64,000 nucleotides of DNA from Macrostomum hystrix (GCA_950097015.1 CATNEN010000038.1:18476001-18540000); one strand, 5' to 3'; positions 13,801-26,046 are shown, counted from the stretch's first letter. Notes: generated from the sequence alone by a model not told the origin. Numbers and translations: made by a program.

Positions 13801-16242
13801 GGTATAGATTAGCAATCCACTCCATGGGTATAGATTAGCAATCCACTCCATGGGTATAGATTAGCAATCCATTGTTTACCAGACGCGTCAAATATCCCAT
13901 CATATCGCCCTCTGTGTCCAGGTGCTGCTACTGGTGTACACCGCAGTACAGTGTGCTCAATTTTTCGCCAGCCTCTGCTCAAAGCGAATTCATCGCCGCA
14001 CCTGTTGGGAAAAATTCTTTCGGGTAAGCTATTGGCGACGAGATTTGATATGAAACTGAGTAATAAAATAGGAACTTTATTTATAATTGATAAGAGGGAA
14101 TAAATGTGAACGTTTAATTTTAGAGTAACAGAAAATTACGAATTATAAAGATTTTCTGTTGAATGTTGTTTCTGTTGAGGAGGCAATTCAGCCCCATTTC
14201 GCTGACTCCTGAGCACACACGCACACAGATACTGTACGCAGACCCACGCTCACACAGGTGTGTACATCTGCCCTGACTTTCTCATTGTCAGGCAGTGTAC
14301 ACTCTCACTGTGCCTTGGAGGTTGGCCCTCAAGGGCGTAAATTGCACGACAAGCCCCCAAGCCTTCTCTATGCGGCTGCGCCCCAGATAAATTTGGCCTC
14401 GCCGTGGAATCGAACTTAGGGACCTTGGTGCGAGAGAGGCAAACGCGTTAACCGCTCTGCCACCGACCCCCCAATAAAACTGTAATAAATATTATTGATT
14501 ACACAGCAATGTTGCAGCTATTGTGCATCTGAAGGCTTCTTTTGACTGTTCAGTCCATGGACTGGGGGGACGCCACACCCACCCTCAATTACCCCAGCTG
14601 ATGCTGGTACCCATTTAACAGCTGGGTGAACTGAAGCAATGCAGAGTTAAGTATCAAATTTTTAAATGACACCGGTTATTTTCAGTAGCGTTGGGAATCG
14701 AACCCTGGACCTTCAAGTCGTGAGACACGAGAGACGTGAGATTTTACAGAATCTACAAGTAGGTCAGACAATGACCTATTTAGCTATGAGTGATACCTGT
14801 GAATGACCGATTTTTGTGAAAGTCTATCATATGGATAGAAATTTTCGCCCATTACGATTAACTCATTTTCAAAATGCGAAAAATGGCGAAAAACTATTTA
14901 ATCAATCCAAAATAGTCAGCAACGATAGCCGGCATGGTTATATGATAAATTTTTGTGAGAGGAAAAATTATGCCTATATTTGTGGTTTTTGTCACCAGAC
15001 ACCCCGACGAGATCGTTGAATATATCGACCATGCTGATGTTTTGTGACTTCTGGAAGTTGTTTCATCGGATAGACTCGAAAATTTTAGCCCGTGTTTTCA
15101 TGACGCTTGGTTGAATATTTTGGGGGAAAATGTGGATATTTGAAATAACCCGTGGTCTCTCTACTTTTACCAGTCCTTGGAGTTATAAAAAACTAAACTT
15201 GAAATCGGATCTCCAATCGCGTCTCTCCGCAAACCAGGCCATCTGGCTGCTCAGTCTGTCAGCCTTCGCCACAGTCAGCATCATCGCCTGGCACCTGTCG
15301 GTGTCGATTTTAACCGACTTATCGGCCTCTCGTAGTCGCGGCTTCGTGGACCTGACTGCGGCCTCGGCTGCCCAAGCAGCGGCGCGCGCTGTCCACGGCT
15401 GGCTCCTCTACTGCGTCATCCTCGGCGTTGTTCTAGACTCCGCCTGGCGCCTGCGTCTATCGCCGCCAGACAGCGAATCTAATAGTGTCAAGGAGGCCTC
15501 TAGTTGTATTTCTAATGCCGGAGTCGAACTCGCGACCGTTGCCTGTCTCCTATTGGCTGCGCCTGGCGCTCTGCTCGCCCTACTATGGCCGCTGCTGAGC
15601 TATCGGCAGCATCCGCTTTACGTATTCTACAGCTTTGCCGGCTCCGTTCTGCGCTGCAAGCCCGCAGTCAGCGACCCCTGGCCTCTGCTGCTTGTTACAG
15701 TCTCACTGTCACTGCTACTTCGCGGTCACTCCTTGGCCGTTGTGTCCCACGCCATGCGACTCTGCCGTCGACTTTATCAGCGTCGAAAAGTTGAAAATGT
15801 GACTTCCACAGTCTGGCAATCGATTCTTATTATAATTGCTCGGCTATTTCCGTCGTTGAAGTCAATCCAAACAGAGAGTCTAGCTGTTAGTGCTACAAAG
15901 ACTAGCAATGAACTGGCCGCATCCATTGGATCTAGCGAGCAGCTTCTAGCAGAATTGGAACGCCAACTAGATAGAGTTCTGGCTACCATAGACAATCTTC
16001 CGTACACGCCAATGTCTTCATTGCAGTCTTTGTCATTGTCTGCTTCGTCTTTGTCACAATTTAATCAGACGGCACTGTCCGCTTGCGACGAGCCACCAGG
16101 CGTAGATGCTTGCTCATCCGGTTTTCTGCCAACAACAGCAGCACCAACAGTAACAGCTGCAGCAGCAGGTCCTGATTGGGACAGCCAATCAGGCGCCGAT
16201 TCTGACTACTTGGATTTGCCAGATCACACTGAAAATATTTGA
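111..16242 (+). CDS. Polycystin-1 (PKD1/PKD1-like) family protein, 5'-partial, ~1400 aa in window, 12 exons
   Basis: Phase-consistent GT-AG exons: 111-226, 573-879, 2360-2621, 5574-6158, 6583-6693, 6783-6986, 7911-8251, 8958-9189, 9757-10122, 10748-11338, 13922-14023, 15238-16242. GPS motif CFYW...WKTDGC...CQCNHLTAF. TM1 is followed by a PLAT domain (YLVSVETG..AGTNAR|VYISLHG...VRLWHD...SPSWLLRRV...FPCNSWLS), then several TM helices and a C-terminal coiled coil (EQLLAELERQLDRVLATIDNL). Confidence 0.88.
290..365 (+). mobile_element. 3' fragment of CORE-type SINE
   Basis: aatgggtgccagcatcagctggg...ccccccagtccatggactgaacag is near-identical to the reverse complement of 14546-14615. Confidence 0.6.
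889..2310. repeat. Polypyrimidine (CT-rich) tandem array, ~20-23 bp unit ctctattcctctctcccctcctt
   Basis: Directly visible. Fills PKD1-like intron 880-2359. Confidence 0.95.
2698..4175. repeat. 13-bp minisatellite ctctaaactgtca
   Basis: Directly visible tandem array, intronic. Confidence 0.95.
4672..5530. repeat. 26-bp minisatellite cctgataattaggagattagatcata
   Basis: Period 26, intronic. Confidence 0.95.
6186..6530. repeat. 21-bp minisatellite ccatgggattagtgttattaa
   Basis: Period 21. Explains the repetitive ORFs at 6136-6539. Confidence 0.95.
7040..7790. repeat. 30-bp minisatellite gtgtttcagatcctcaggattgggatttta
   Basis: Period 30. Explains ORF 7017-7760. Confidence 0.95.
8285..8402 (+). 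mobile_element. Degenerate CORE-type tRNA-SINE fragment
   Basis: B-box-like gttcgaatc followed by tgtcctttt-gagcaagacactta...ccatccagct, which resembles the CORE domain. Confidence 0.5.
8420..8765 (+). mobile_element. tRNA-derived SINE (family A), near full length
   Basis: tRNA-like head with B-box gctcgattcc, a body shared with at least 6 other copies in the window, and an (att)n-like tail. Confidence 0.85.
9195..9710. repeat. Degenerate 29-bp minisatellite atccgtggccttcagggatttccgttagc
   Basis: Period 29 in the centre, decaying at the edges. Intronic. Confidence 0.85.
10137..10665. repeat. 20-bp minisatellite tctcatttgagtctcacctg
   Basis: Period 20, intronic. Confidence 0.95.
11339..13871. 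repeat. 26-bp minisatellite attagcaatccactccatgggtatag (~97 units)
   Basis: Period 26. Begins at the splice donor. Confidence 0.97.
14177..14472 (-). mobile_element. tRNA-derived SINE (family A) with intact head
   Basis: The reverse complement begins gggggtcggtggcagagcggttaacgcg (A box)...gttcgattcc (B box). The body matches 8420-8700. Confidence 0.85.
14546..14730 (-). mobile_element. CORE-type tRNA-SINE
   Basis: Minus strand reads gggttcgattccc (B box)...acttaactctgcattgcttcagttcacccagctgttaaatgggtacc, a CORE-domain-like sequence. Confidence 0.65.
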
Positions 16243-18655
16243 GTTATTTATTGCTAGTTGCACCTGATTCGATAACAGGAAAAATCAATAACGTTTACTT
16301 TCTGGGAAATCATCGCTTGCCATTAATACTTCACGCAATTATTTTATGTAAACTCATTCGACTTCCACTGGATTATGTTTTTTAAACTAAATCGTGCTGT
16401 TGTATACAAATTTTGGTTAGTTTTAAACACTTTTTTCAGTACTATTCTTCTCTGTTTTATTGTATTGCTTTTTTGTACACAAATTTATATACGAATTTGT
16501 TATACTATTACTCATATTTGACGAATCCCACTAAATGTTTAAGATATATACTCGTATTTGCAGTTTGATGTTTGTGTCAAAGGATTCTAATTATTTTATT
16601 TATCGAATCGTATTTTGTATTTGCTAACCTTTTTATTGTTTTGCTTCACGTGTTTGCATTTCCCAGCTTTCTAAAAGCAGATAAAGTGCTTTAAGTACTT
16701 GATAAACTACCATGAACGTTATTCGACATTTAACGACAATTTTTCGTATTTTAAATCTAGCAGCTTGCGTGTTCCATGTGAAAATAATGGTTTAGATTGG
16801 GTTTAAGTTTAAATTATGGTCGTGAGCTGCAGCTGATTCACTCTAACTAGTGTTAAATATACTTTGTCATACACGAAAGTTAGAAAACTTTTGAATCATT
16901 TTACTTGCGTTAAATTATATTCCGTCAATTTGAAATATAGTTAGTAGCCAATAGACTAGACTGCAACTTGAACTGCACAGACACGCGGCTGTCTGCTCAA
17001 TCCACTATCAGCAGACATACATGACAATAACTCTTTGGCTAGGGCCCACGTTGCATGTGTATTTATGTTAGGATGTGCTGATGTAATCAGCTGTAGATTC
17101 ATCCTTTCGAGTTTTCATCGCTCAATTATTGGATAAGATTTTTTTGTAAAAGTTAAAGTTACAGTTAACAGCCAGCGAACCCCATAAATTCCTATACCTC
17201 AAATAATACTGGTTCGATTCAATGGCTGAAACGATTGTCTACGGCTGAAATCGTTAGTCAATGATGTCGACGCACGGCTTTATCATGTATAACAGGAAAG
17301 TATTGTCTTCCTGTTGCCTTCTGCCACAGCAACAGAGAGATAAACGCTCCACGGGCCAGAGGCCCGTTTCTGTGTGGACTCCGGAGTCACATGAAAAGCG
17401 GCAGCGAAGCTCTGCCTCTCGCTTCCAGTGTATTTAAATTCAAGCAGCGCGCACAACAGAGGCAGAATGGGGAGAGAGGGAGAAACGCTGGGAGATTGCT
17501 AACACAGGGGGCAGCTGTTTCTTTGTCCCACACGCACACGCTCCCCAGCGAACGCTCGCCGAACTTCTTCCTCCCATTCCTGGGCCGTATCGATCCACGG
17601 ACGCCTCGTCGTGTACGCGAATCATGTGAGCCATGCAAATACAATGTTCTGAAGCGTATTTGCAAGGCTTACATCATGCAGCCACGACCATAGACACAGC
17701 AGCCAATCTTAAGTTCCTTAAGAAGGAAAACGAATTCAGTGTCGCTTTTCTTTAATGCTTAAAATAATGCAAAATAATAGTGATTAAAACTTAACAATTT
17801 TTTATGTATTTAAGTTTACTTTCAAAAAGAATGTTTTTTTTAGTTATTTCGATTTAAAATCAACCGTGAAATAATTGTGCACAAAATTAAGATCGCAATG
17901 TGCCAGTATTTTCTAAGACACCAAAGTGGTTGCCCGCGACACGTATGTGAAAGTAAGCGAACACTAAAACTAAAACAAGTTCAACGATAGCTTGGCGAGT
18001 GGCGATGCTAGGATATAAAAATATATTTTAATTTAAGTATCTCGTACCAGTGCAGAGACTTTTTTACACACGTTGAAGTATTCTTGCTAGGCGAACTGAT
18101 GCTGGGACTGCAGTATAATTTCCCACACACGACTATAATTTTTCGTAATTAGTCGCTAATGTAGCGGCCAGTAGATGTAATAATATATAATAATATATCA
18201 AAGAGCCATATTACGTCGTTGTTACTATGCATTTTGATTTGACAACTTTAATAGTTGACAAAGCCAAAGGATTAAAAGTAAAAGTACATGTCATAGTCAT
18301 TCATAGGGCCTAGACAAGTGTGTAGGCCTACAAAAGTTTGGGTAGCATATATCAAGTGATTCAATAAATGTAATGAGGCATGGCGATGTCCACAGTAGAA
18401 AACATACAATGGCAATAAAAACCATAGAAAACAATATGATTTTATAGACATTTAAAGTTGATTTTCTTTCTTCGTAATTCATTGAATGTGTTTTATGACT
18501 ATTAATTTATTCTAGCTTAGTGTTTTTTTTTCTACAATTTTTTGTGCGGCTTTGCTAGGCAGCTAGCTATGCTTTTGAAGGCCTAGTTAAACCAAACTTT
18601 GGCATTCTTTTTATCAATTATTAACCTGTTTTTCTGAAAAGCTTAATTTCAAATA

Positions 18656-19783
18656 CACTCAGCAACATTAAAAACCACCACCCTAGAGTAAGGGAAACAA
18701 TTCATCTCAACTCACTACCACAAATGACACAATGTGCACCTAAGAGAGAGGTGAAAAACCACAAATGATGCAATGCACTGCTCACCCACATGACCCACCC
18801 TGACTCTGTAACCAGAGAAACAAAAGAGAGTCAAACTACCTGATAGTAGCATGGAAATTCAGCATTGACAAAAGGGCAGAAGATGCATTTGCAGTAAATT
18901 AGCATAGGCACCTGCCGTTACATTTGAGTCCAGAAACACCGTCTGTCTTGGCATTCAACGTGATCCCTACCCAAACATGCACCGAGGCTGACTGTCCATT
19001 GGTGGCTTGAACGTGCTGTTGCAACATTTCCTGCTGCAGCTCTCGGCCAAACATGAACACAACCGTCTGCCTAAAAGAGGCGGAAGTGGGTCTCATCAAT
19101 GAATACAATGCATCACCATTGCTGCTGCTTCCAGTGAATTTGCTGCATCGCCTACAGCTCTTGTGTGGCGCAATGAGCAGGCATTAGTCAGGGTCACTTG
19201 CACATCTACCAGCAGCGCAGCCCAGCCACCCAAATTCTCCGTTGAATTGTTTGGGTCCTCAACATGTTCCTGCGCCTGCTTCTTACACCCCAGATGAGTC
19301 GAAGCAATGTGGCAGGTAAGGTGGGGTTTCCCCTCACAATTCACAGCAGTCACTAATCAGCCCTTGCTGTGCTGCGCAGATGATGGCACTGGACTCCATG
19401 ACTTGCGTGGGCGACACTGCCAGTGTCTCTGGACTTCTGCAGAAGGCTGCGAATCATCGAACGTGATCTGCCGAATTGATGGGCTATTGCTCAGATGGAA
19501 ATAATGTGGTGGACCATTTTGGAGATAACAAGTAATACTTGTTATTACTCATTACTAATACTAATACTACTAATACTAGTATTAATACTGGTTACTCATT
19601 GGCTGCATTTTAACTGAGTGTGCTAAATCATCCATTTTGAACTTCACGATAACCCTTTACCCACCCTCACTCTCCCATAGTAGCTCTCCTTGCAGTCAGG
19701 TGCACATTACGTAATTTGCAGCAGTGAGCTGAGATCAACTGTTCCCCTTGCTCTAGGGTGGCGGTTTTTAATGTTGCTGAGTA
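18656..19783 (-). mobile_element. Degenerate Tc1-like DNA transposon
   Basis: Flanked by TA (18654-55, 19784-85). Imperfect TIRs of ~85 bp (cactcagcaacattaaaaaccaccaccctagag / ctctagggtggcggtttttaatgttgctgag). Broken transposase on the - strand, including SASVHVWVGIT (cf. Tc1 GGGSVMVWG). Confidence 0.8.
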
Positions 19784-20206
19784 TAGATTTGACAACTTGA
19801 AATTTCAATAGTATCAATCCAATTTCTTGGCACTTAACAAACTGGGGCTGCTTCTGGAGTTCTGTGGAACTTGTCTGTGGGAAAGTTCAGTTCAGGGTGA
19901 AGATAGAAGCAAAATGGTTGACATTCTTGGCAGTGTCTATGGCCAATGGCAAAATGGATGAGCTGGTTAGTGGCAGGGGAAGTATTAGCACATCATCTGC
20001 ATTCTGCTAACATGCTCTACTAATTTTCTACCATTAACTAACATACTTTAGGTCTATTAACATCGTGCCAGGAGCTTTCCTAGTAGCAATGTCATTTATT
20101 GTAGATCCAAACTCCTGCTGAATTTTTACAGGTGGTCTTGCAGAATTTGGACACAATATTTGATGTTAATTTATATCATTTTTCTAATTATTTCATTGTT
20201 TCCCAT

Positions 20207-20446
20207 CATACATGCGCAACCTCCAAAATCTAAGCCGGCCATGCGACTTAGTTTTTGCTCTATTTACGACATAGTTTGCTCTCATTTTCTCTCCCCTTTT
20301 TCCTTTTCTTCACGCCTTCCTTTTTTGTCCCTTGGTCCCCCCTTTGATTTTTTGCGCTTGGTCAATTGGTTTTTGGGACTTACCTTGCTTGGCCCTCGTT
20401 TCACCCGGCTGGTTCAGCTGGGTCGGCCGGGTGTTGCGCATGTATG
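20207..20446. mobile_element. hAT-type MITE, copy 1
   Basis: 14-bp TIRs catacatgcgcaac/gttgcgcatgtatg and a perfect 8-bp TSD tttcccat (20199-20206, 20447-20454). Confidence 0.9.
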
Positions 20447-21096
20447 TTTCCCATTGATTTAAAATTATTTCCTAATGTTTTTGCATAAACTTGAAATGCA
20501 ACTTTTCAGAAAACCAGTTTACCAAACAATTTGAACCCTAACTGCCCAAATTTTAGCATACACTGTGTTTATATTTACTTTTGCTGTTTACTAAGTTCTT
20601 ACTTTATATTTTTATAGAATACTAATTTATATAAAACTCATGAGTAAAATATAAAAACTAAAAAATAATGGTAAATTAGCCTAGCAGTAATAGGTCTAGC
20701 CTAGCTATTAACCATTGGCACCCATTGTTAAATTTGTCAACTGGCCTAGCCTTTGGCAGCTGCCATAAGTTTTGTCCACTTGTCAAAAATTTCAACTGTT
20801 TGGTATGACTACAGTTGCTAACAAACATACATGTGGCTATGAATTAAGTGCATGTTAGAGAACTTGCTCTATAGCTAAGTCAATGTACTCAGCAACAAGA
20901 TCTAATGTGTTTTTAAACAGTAGATCTAATTGCAAGGACTATAGAATTGTATAACTAACACTAATCACAAAACAATTATTTCAAATGCATATTGTTGTAA
21001 AAAAAGTATAAAATAGGTTTTGTACCATTACATACTCCTAATTTATGATACAATTTTGTGGTCCTTGCCTATATTCATTGTTATATGGATAGTGAC

Positions 21097-21389
21097 CATA
21101 CATGCGCAACACCCGGCCGACCCGGCCGAACCGGCCGGGTGAAACAAGTGCCAAGCAAGGTAAGTCGCAAAAACCAATCAACCAAGCGCAAAAAAATCAA
21201 AGGGGGGACCAAGGGACAAAAAAGGAAGGCGTGAAGAAGAAGAGAGAAAAAGAGAGCAAATGAGAGAAAACTAAGTTGTAAATAGAGCAATGAAATGAAC
21301 TAAGTCACAAATGAGAGCAAACTAAGTCGTAAATCGAGCAAAAACTAAGTCGCACGGCTGGCTAAGATTTGGGAGGTTGCACATGTATG
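21097..21389. mobile_element. hAT-type MITE, copy 2 (inverted relative to copy 1)
   Basis: Same TIRs. The internal sequence is the reverse complement of 20207-20446 with extra internal repeats. No clean TSD. Confidence 0.85.
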
Positions 21390-22002
21390 GATGTGCATCT
21401 TCAGTAGTTAGAATGATTAGAAAAAAGCTTTTTAATTATTATATAGTCAGTATCATTTTCATTTCTGTCATTTCTCTCTATAAATTAAGTCATGTTTAGA
21501 ATGATAACTGGTAAAGTTAAATATTGTTGTTCATCAATATTCATATATATTAAATAAACAAATATAATCAAAAGTGCACTGGACTCTGTCTTCAAACTGT
21601 AAATATTTTATTGGGTTGTGCATCCGCATACATTTTAGCTTGTGCACCTGGTAGATGTCCAAGTGTTTTTTTAATTCTCTGCATTAACTTTAATCAAAGG
21701 ACCTAGCTAGATAAAATAAAATTGTCATAGTCAAATAGTCACATGTAAAATATAATGTGTCATATGGTTAACTTAGTTACAAGTTAAGCCAATGCTAACT
21801 GCTTCTTTGCTATAGATTATAAAAATATAATATAGCTAAGTATTAATTTATAACATTAGAAAGTGACAGGTATTACAAATATACCAAGATTTGGCCTCTT
21901 GATTGCTAGCTATTTTTAATATGACTAGCTATTAATTACTAAAACCGTTTTTTATAAATATTGTTCATTTTTTATAAAAAAATTTTCTGTTGGGTAAAAT
22001 AA

Positions 22003-22568
22003 CAGGTTCCTAACCTATTAGACAAGTTCCTAACCTGTTAGACAGGTTCCTAACCTATTAGACAAGTTCCTAACCTGTTAGACAGGTTCCTAACCTGTTA
22101 GACAGGTTCCTAACCCCTAACCTGTTAGACAGGTTCCTAACCCCTAACCTGTTAGACAGGTTCCTAACCCCTAACCTGTTAGACAGGTTCCTAACCTCTA
22201 ACCTGTTAGACAGGTTCCTAACCCCTAACCTGTTAGACAGGTTCCTAACCCCTAACCTGTTAGACAGGTTCCTAACCCCTAACCTATTAGACAGGTTCCT
22301 AACCCCTAACCTGTTAGACAGGTTCCTAACCCCTAACCTGTTAGACAGGTTCCTAACCCCTAACCTGTTAGACAGGTTCCTAACCCCTAACCTGTTAGAC
22401 AGGTTCCTAACCTGTTAGACAGGTTCCTAACCTGTTAGACAGGTTCCTAACCTGTTAGACAGGTTCCTAACCTGTTAGACAGGTTCCTAACCTGTTAGAC
22501 AGGTTCCTAACCTATTAGACAAGTTCCTAACCTATTAGGCAAGTTCCTAACCTGTTAGACAGGTTCCC
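22003..22568. repeat. 20/27-bp minisatellite cctaac(ccctaac)ctgttagacaggtt with hairpin core
   Basis: Directly visible. aacctgt-tag-acaggtt is self-complementary. Confidence 0.93.
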
Positions 22569-23421
22569 AGCAAGCTTAACCTGTAGTTCAAAGCCACTTA
22601 AAAGAAGTAAATTTTTCAAGTATTTTTAGGGATGCTTGGTTAACTATAGTTTTTATTTTGTACTCCTTTTTGACCATGCTTATAGTTTTAAAGCAGCAAT
22701 ACTATGTCATGTTTATGGTGGCACAAAATTAGGCGAATTTAAGTTGCTAGATGAATTATATATATAATATATCCTAATGGCTTACCAATTTTGTAATGAT
22801 ACTTTGTACTGAGTGATGCATCCAGCAAACTAGTCTTATTGTCATGCGTTGTGCTTGTGTTTATATTTTTTAACTGAATTTCACTAGATATCGATCGAGT
22901 TGGATAGGTTCTTATTTAAGAAAATACACGAAAAAAGGAAACAGATTTTCTTCAAACAGAAATGCCGACTATTGCTGACTAAGGCGGTGCTTTGCCGCAA
23001 TGCAACCCAGAATAAGGCCAGAAAGGCAGAAAAGAAGTGGCGCATCTTTGAAACTGGGGAGATGATTCTTCACCTCTGATGCGGGACCCACCCCAGTCTA
23101 GTTTTCTCGCTTTCTCTCACTGTCTTAACCAAATCGTATCTGTTAACAACAAGCGTTTTATTGCCCCCCCCCTAGCCTCCTATCTTTCACTCTCTGGTCG
23201 CCAGGGGCTAGGGCTCCTCCAGAAACTGGGCCTCGTGACTCTTTTAGTCTGCGCCAAGAGAGGGCGGGGTTGGTTAACTCGTTTTTTGGTCCCTAAAGCA
23301 TGCCGACTGCCGCCTAAAATTCCATCGTTTTGATTCGCTTATAATTGAAAATTCTCGTGTACCTTATCTAACTAAAACTGTAAAAATTATCTTCAGTCAA
23401 TTTGCTTCGAATAAATCGGAG

Positions 23422-26046
23422 ATGCAAAAAACGTGCAGCGGCAGCAGCAGCAGCAGCATTAGCAGTGCATATCAGCAGCAGCAGATGCAGCCAGACTCCA
23501 CTGTGCCATGCGGCTCCAACGAATACGATCAGCTGACTAGTATGTATGCCGTTGGACCAGCGGTGCATCAGCTGCAGCAGCAGCAGCAGCAGCAACAAGA
23601 TGGTTCCGCCGCTTGGTACAATAATCCATATTCTAGCTATTGCTACATGCCACAGCAGCAGCAGCATATTAACCATTTGTCCGATAATCTTGGCAATGGG
23701 ATGTCCATTGTTGCGCAGCAGCAGCAGCAGCAGCAGCAGGAGGATCAGCAGCAAGCTACAGGCTCCTACCAGTCAGGTGACTTCTCGCAGCCAGGATCTG
23801 GCAAATATTTTTGGCAGTACAATGCCCAGGGCAAGGGACCCAAGCTGGCCTGTCAGGACAGGGCGCTGCAAGACGATCGAGATCTGGGACACAGCGATGA
23901 AAGAAAAGTGCTGGGATTCCAGGTGAGATTTCTTCAACCCGTTAATTCTCAATTTCTAGATAATTCCTAATTCTCAGATACTTATGAACTTAATCCGCAA
24001 TCCACATATCCTCAGATTAAGTTAATCTATATCCATTGATCCTCATGAGGTTGTTTATAGTTTCCTATTTTTTTCTGGTAGCATTTCTCAATTCTCAGAT
24101 GATTTGGCAGCTAATACTCAAATTACAGATCATCAGATAGCTAATCCTCAATTATTAAAGGTAGTTATTATCATTGGTTCTCTTATCCTTATGTAGTTTA
24201 TCCTCATCCTTAGGAAGTTAATCCTCAATTCTCAGATTATCAGTTAGCAAATCCTCAGTTCTCAGATTATCAAGTAGTTAATCTTCAATTCTCAGATTAT
24301 CAGGTAGTTAATTCTCAATTCTCAGATTATCAGGTAGTTAATCCTCAGTTCTCAGATTATCAGTTGGCTAATCCTCAGTTCTCAGATTATAAGTTAGTTA
24401 ATCCTCAATTCTCAGGTTGTCAGTTAGTTAATCCTCAATTCTCAGATTATCAGGTAGTTAATCCTCAGTTCTCAGATTATCAGGTAGTTAATTCTCAATT
24501 CTCAGATTATCAGGTAGTTAATCCTCGGTTCTCAGATTATCAGTTGGCTAATCCTCAGTTCTCAGATTATCATGTAGTTAATCCTCAATTCTCAGATTAT
24601 CAGTTAGTTAATCCTCAATTCTCAGATTATCAGTTAGTTAATCCTCAATTCTCAGATTGTCAGGTAGTTAATCCTCAGTTCTCAGATTATCAGTTAGTTA
24701 TTCCTCAATTCTCAGATTATCAGTTACTTAATCCTCAATTCTCAGATTATCAGTTAGTTAATCCTCAATTCTCAGATTATCAGTTAGTTAATCCTCAATT
24801 CTCAGATTATCAGTTAGTTAATCCTCAATTCTCAGATTGTCAGTTAGTTAATCCTCAGTTCTCAGATTATCAGTTAGTTAATCCTCAATTCTCAGATTAT
24901 CAGTTAGTTAATCCTCAATTCTCAGATTATCAGTTAGTTAATCCTCAATTCTCAGATTGTCAGTTAGTTAATCCTCAATTCTCAGATTATCAGTTAGTTA
25001 ATCCTCAATTCTCAGATTGTCAGTTAGTTAATCCTCAGTTCTCAGATTATCAGTTAGTTAATCCTCAATTCTCAGATTATCAGTTAGTTAATCCTCAATT
25101 CTCAGATTGTCAGTTAGTTAATCCTCAGTTCTCAGATTATCAGTTAGTTAATCCTCAATTCTCAGATTATCAGTTAGTTAATCCTCAATTCTCAGATTAT
25201 CAGTTAGTTAATCCTCAATCCTCAAGGCATTGTCTGTTCAATAACCCCGCAGGATCCGGTCCTGCGCATGCAACCAACTCGCAGCGACAAAGTCCGACGC
25301 GGCAACGCCAACGACATCGACCCCAGGCCGGAGGAGCTCGCCCGCTTAGGCCGCCAATTGGACGACCTGCGCGCCCAGATGTGCCACCCGACTAAGCAGT
25401 GCGAGAAGACTGAGAAGAACAAACTCGCTAGCCGAGCCTGCCGACTAAGGAAGAAGGCGCAGCACGAAGCATTCAAGATTAAACTGGCCGGCCTGCAGGC
25501 GGAGCACACCTCACTGGTCCAGGTGCGTGTTCAACTGCCTGTCTGCTTGCTAGTGTGCCTGTCTGTCATGTCTGTCTGTCTGTCTGTCTGTCTGTGTCAG
25601 TTAGTCAGTCTGCGCATTAAGCTGGGAGCTAGTAGTATGCGTTTTTGCTTTCTGTTTTCATTTCCCAGGTTTTAAAGCAAGGCGAAGCCCTGCTACTAGA
25701 CCCGGAAGCTCACCTGGTTGGCGCGAATCATCAGCTGGTAGTAAGCAGTCAGAGCGCGGACGGCGATATGCCACCAGCTCCGCCTACAGGTTTCGTAGCC
25801 GCCCTAGACGGCCTGGTGTCGGCGCATTTGACTGTGGCGCGCGTGGCTGGTCGGTCTGATCAGTACGTCCTTGACGAGTTGGATAAGCACGGCCGAACTG
25901 GCAACTGCGCTCTGATGCAGCAGCAGCAGCCGCATCAACAGACTAATCTGCTGGACTCATCCTCGGCTGCAGCCGTCAGTCCCGACTGTGGCATCGGGCA
26001 TCGGGATCACAAGCTGACCATAATGATTGGCCAGCCGACCATGTGA
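23422..26046 (+). CDS. CREBRF: CREB3 regulatory factor / REPTOR-family bZIP transcription factor (~382 aa, 3 exons)
   Basis: Exons 23422-23922, 25253-25522, 25669-26046, all phase 0. Family motifs YFWQYNAQGKGPK and bZIP EKNKLASRACRLRKKAQHEAFKIKLAGL. PolyQ-rich N-terminus. Confidence 0.88.
24217..25222. repeat. 30-bp minisatellite gttaatcctcaattctcagattatcagtta
   Basis: Period 30, in CREBRF intron 1. Explains ORF 24364-25395. Confidence 0.95.

Noticed and set aside
14395-14472. tRNA gene
   Set aside because: The A/B boxes are the head of a multi-copy SINE, the acceptor stem does not pair, and the sequence continues into the SINE body.
17340-17700. GC-richer island with ~100-aa ORFs, a TATA-like element and an octamer motif
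   Set aside because: No recognisable protein or RNA family. It may be a promoter or 5'UTR exon but cannot be assigned from sequence alone.
22110-22400. Interstitial telomeric repeat (ccctaa)
   Set aside because: It arises from a 7-bp duplication (cctaacc) inside a minisatellite unit. There is no (TTAGGG)n run.
24364-25395. 343-aa repetitive ORF (VNPQFSDYQL)n, and similar ORFs at 626-1417 (tail), 6136-6539, 7017-7760, 29484-29882, 37909-38277, 42311-42893, 54524-54829
   Set aside because: These are stop-free frames of minisatellites, mostly lying inside introns defined by phase-consistent flanking exons.
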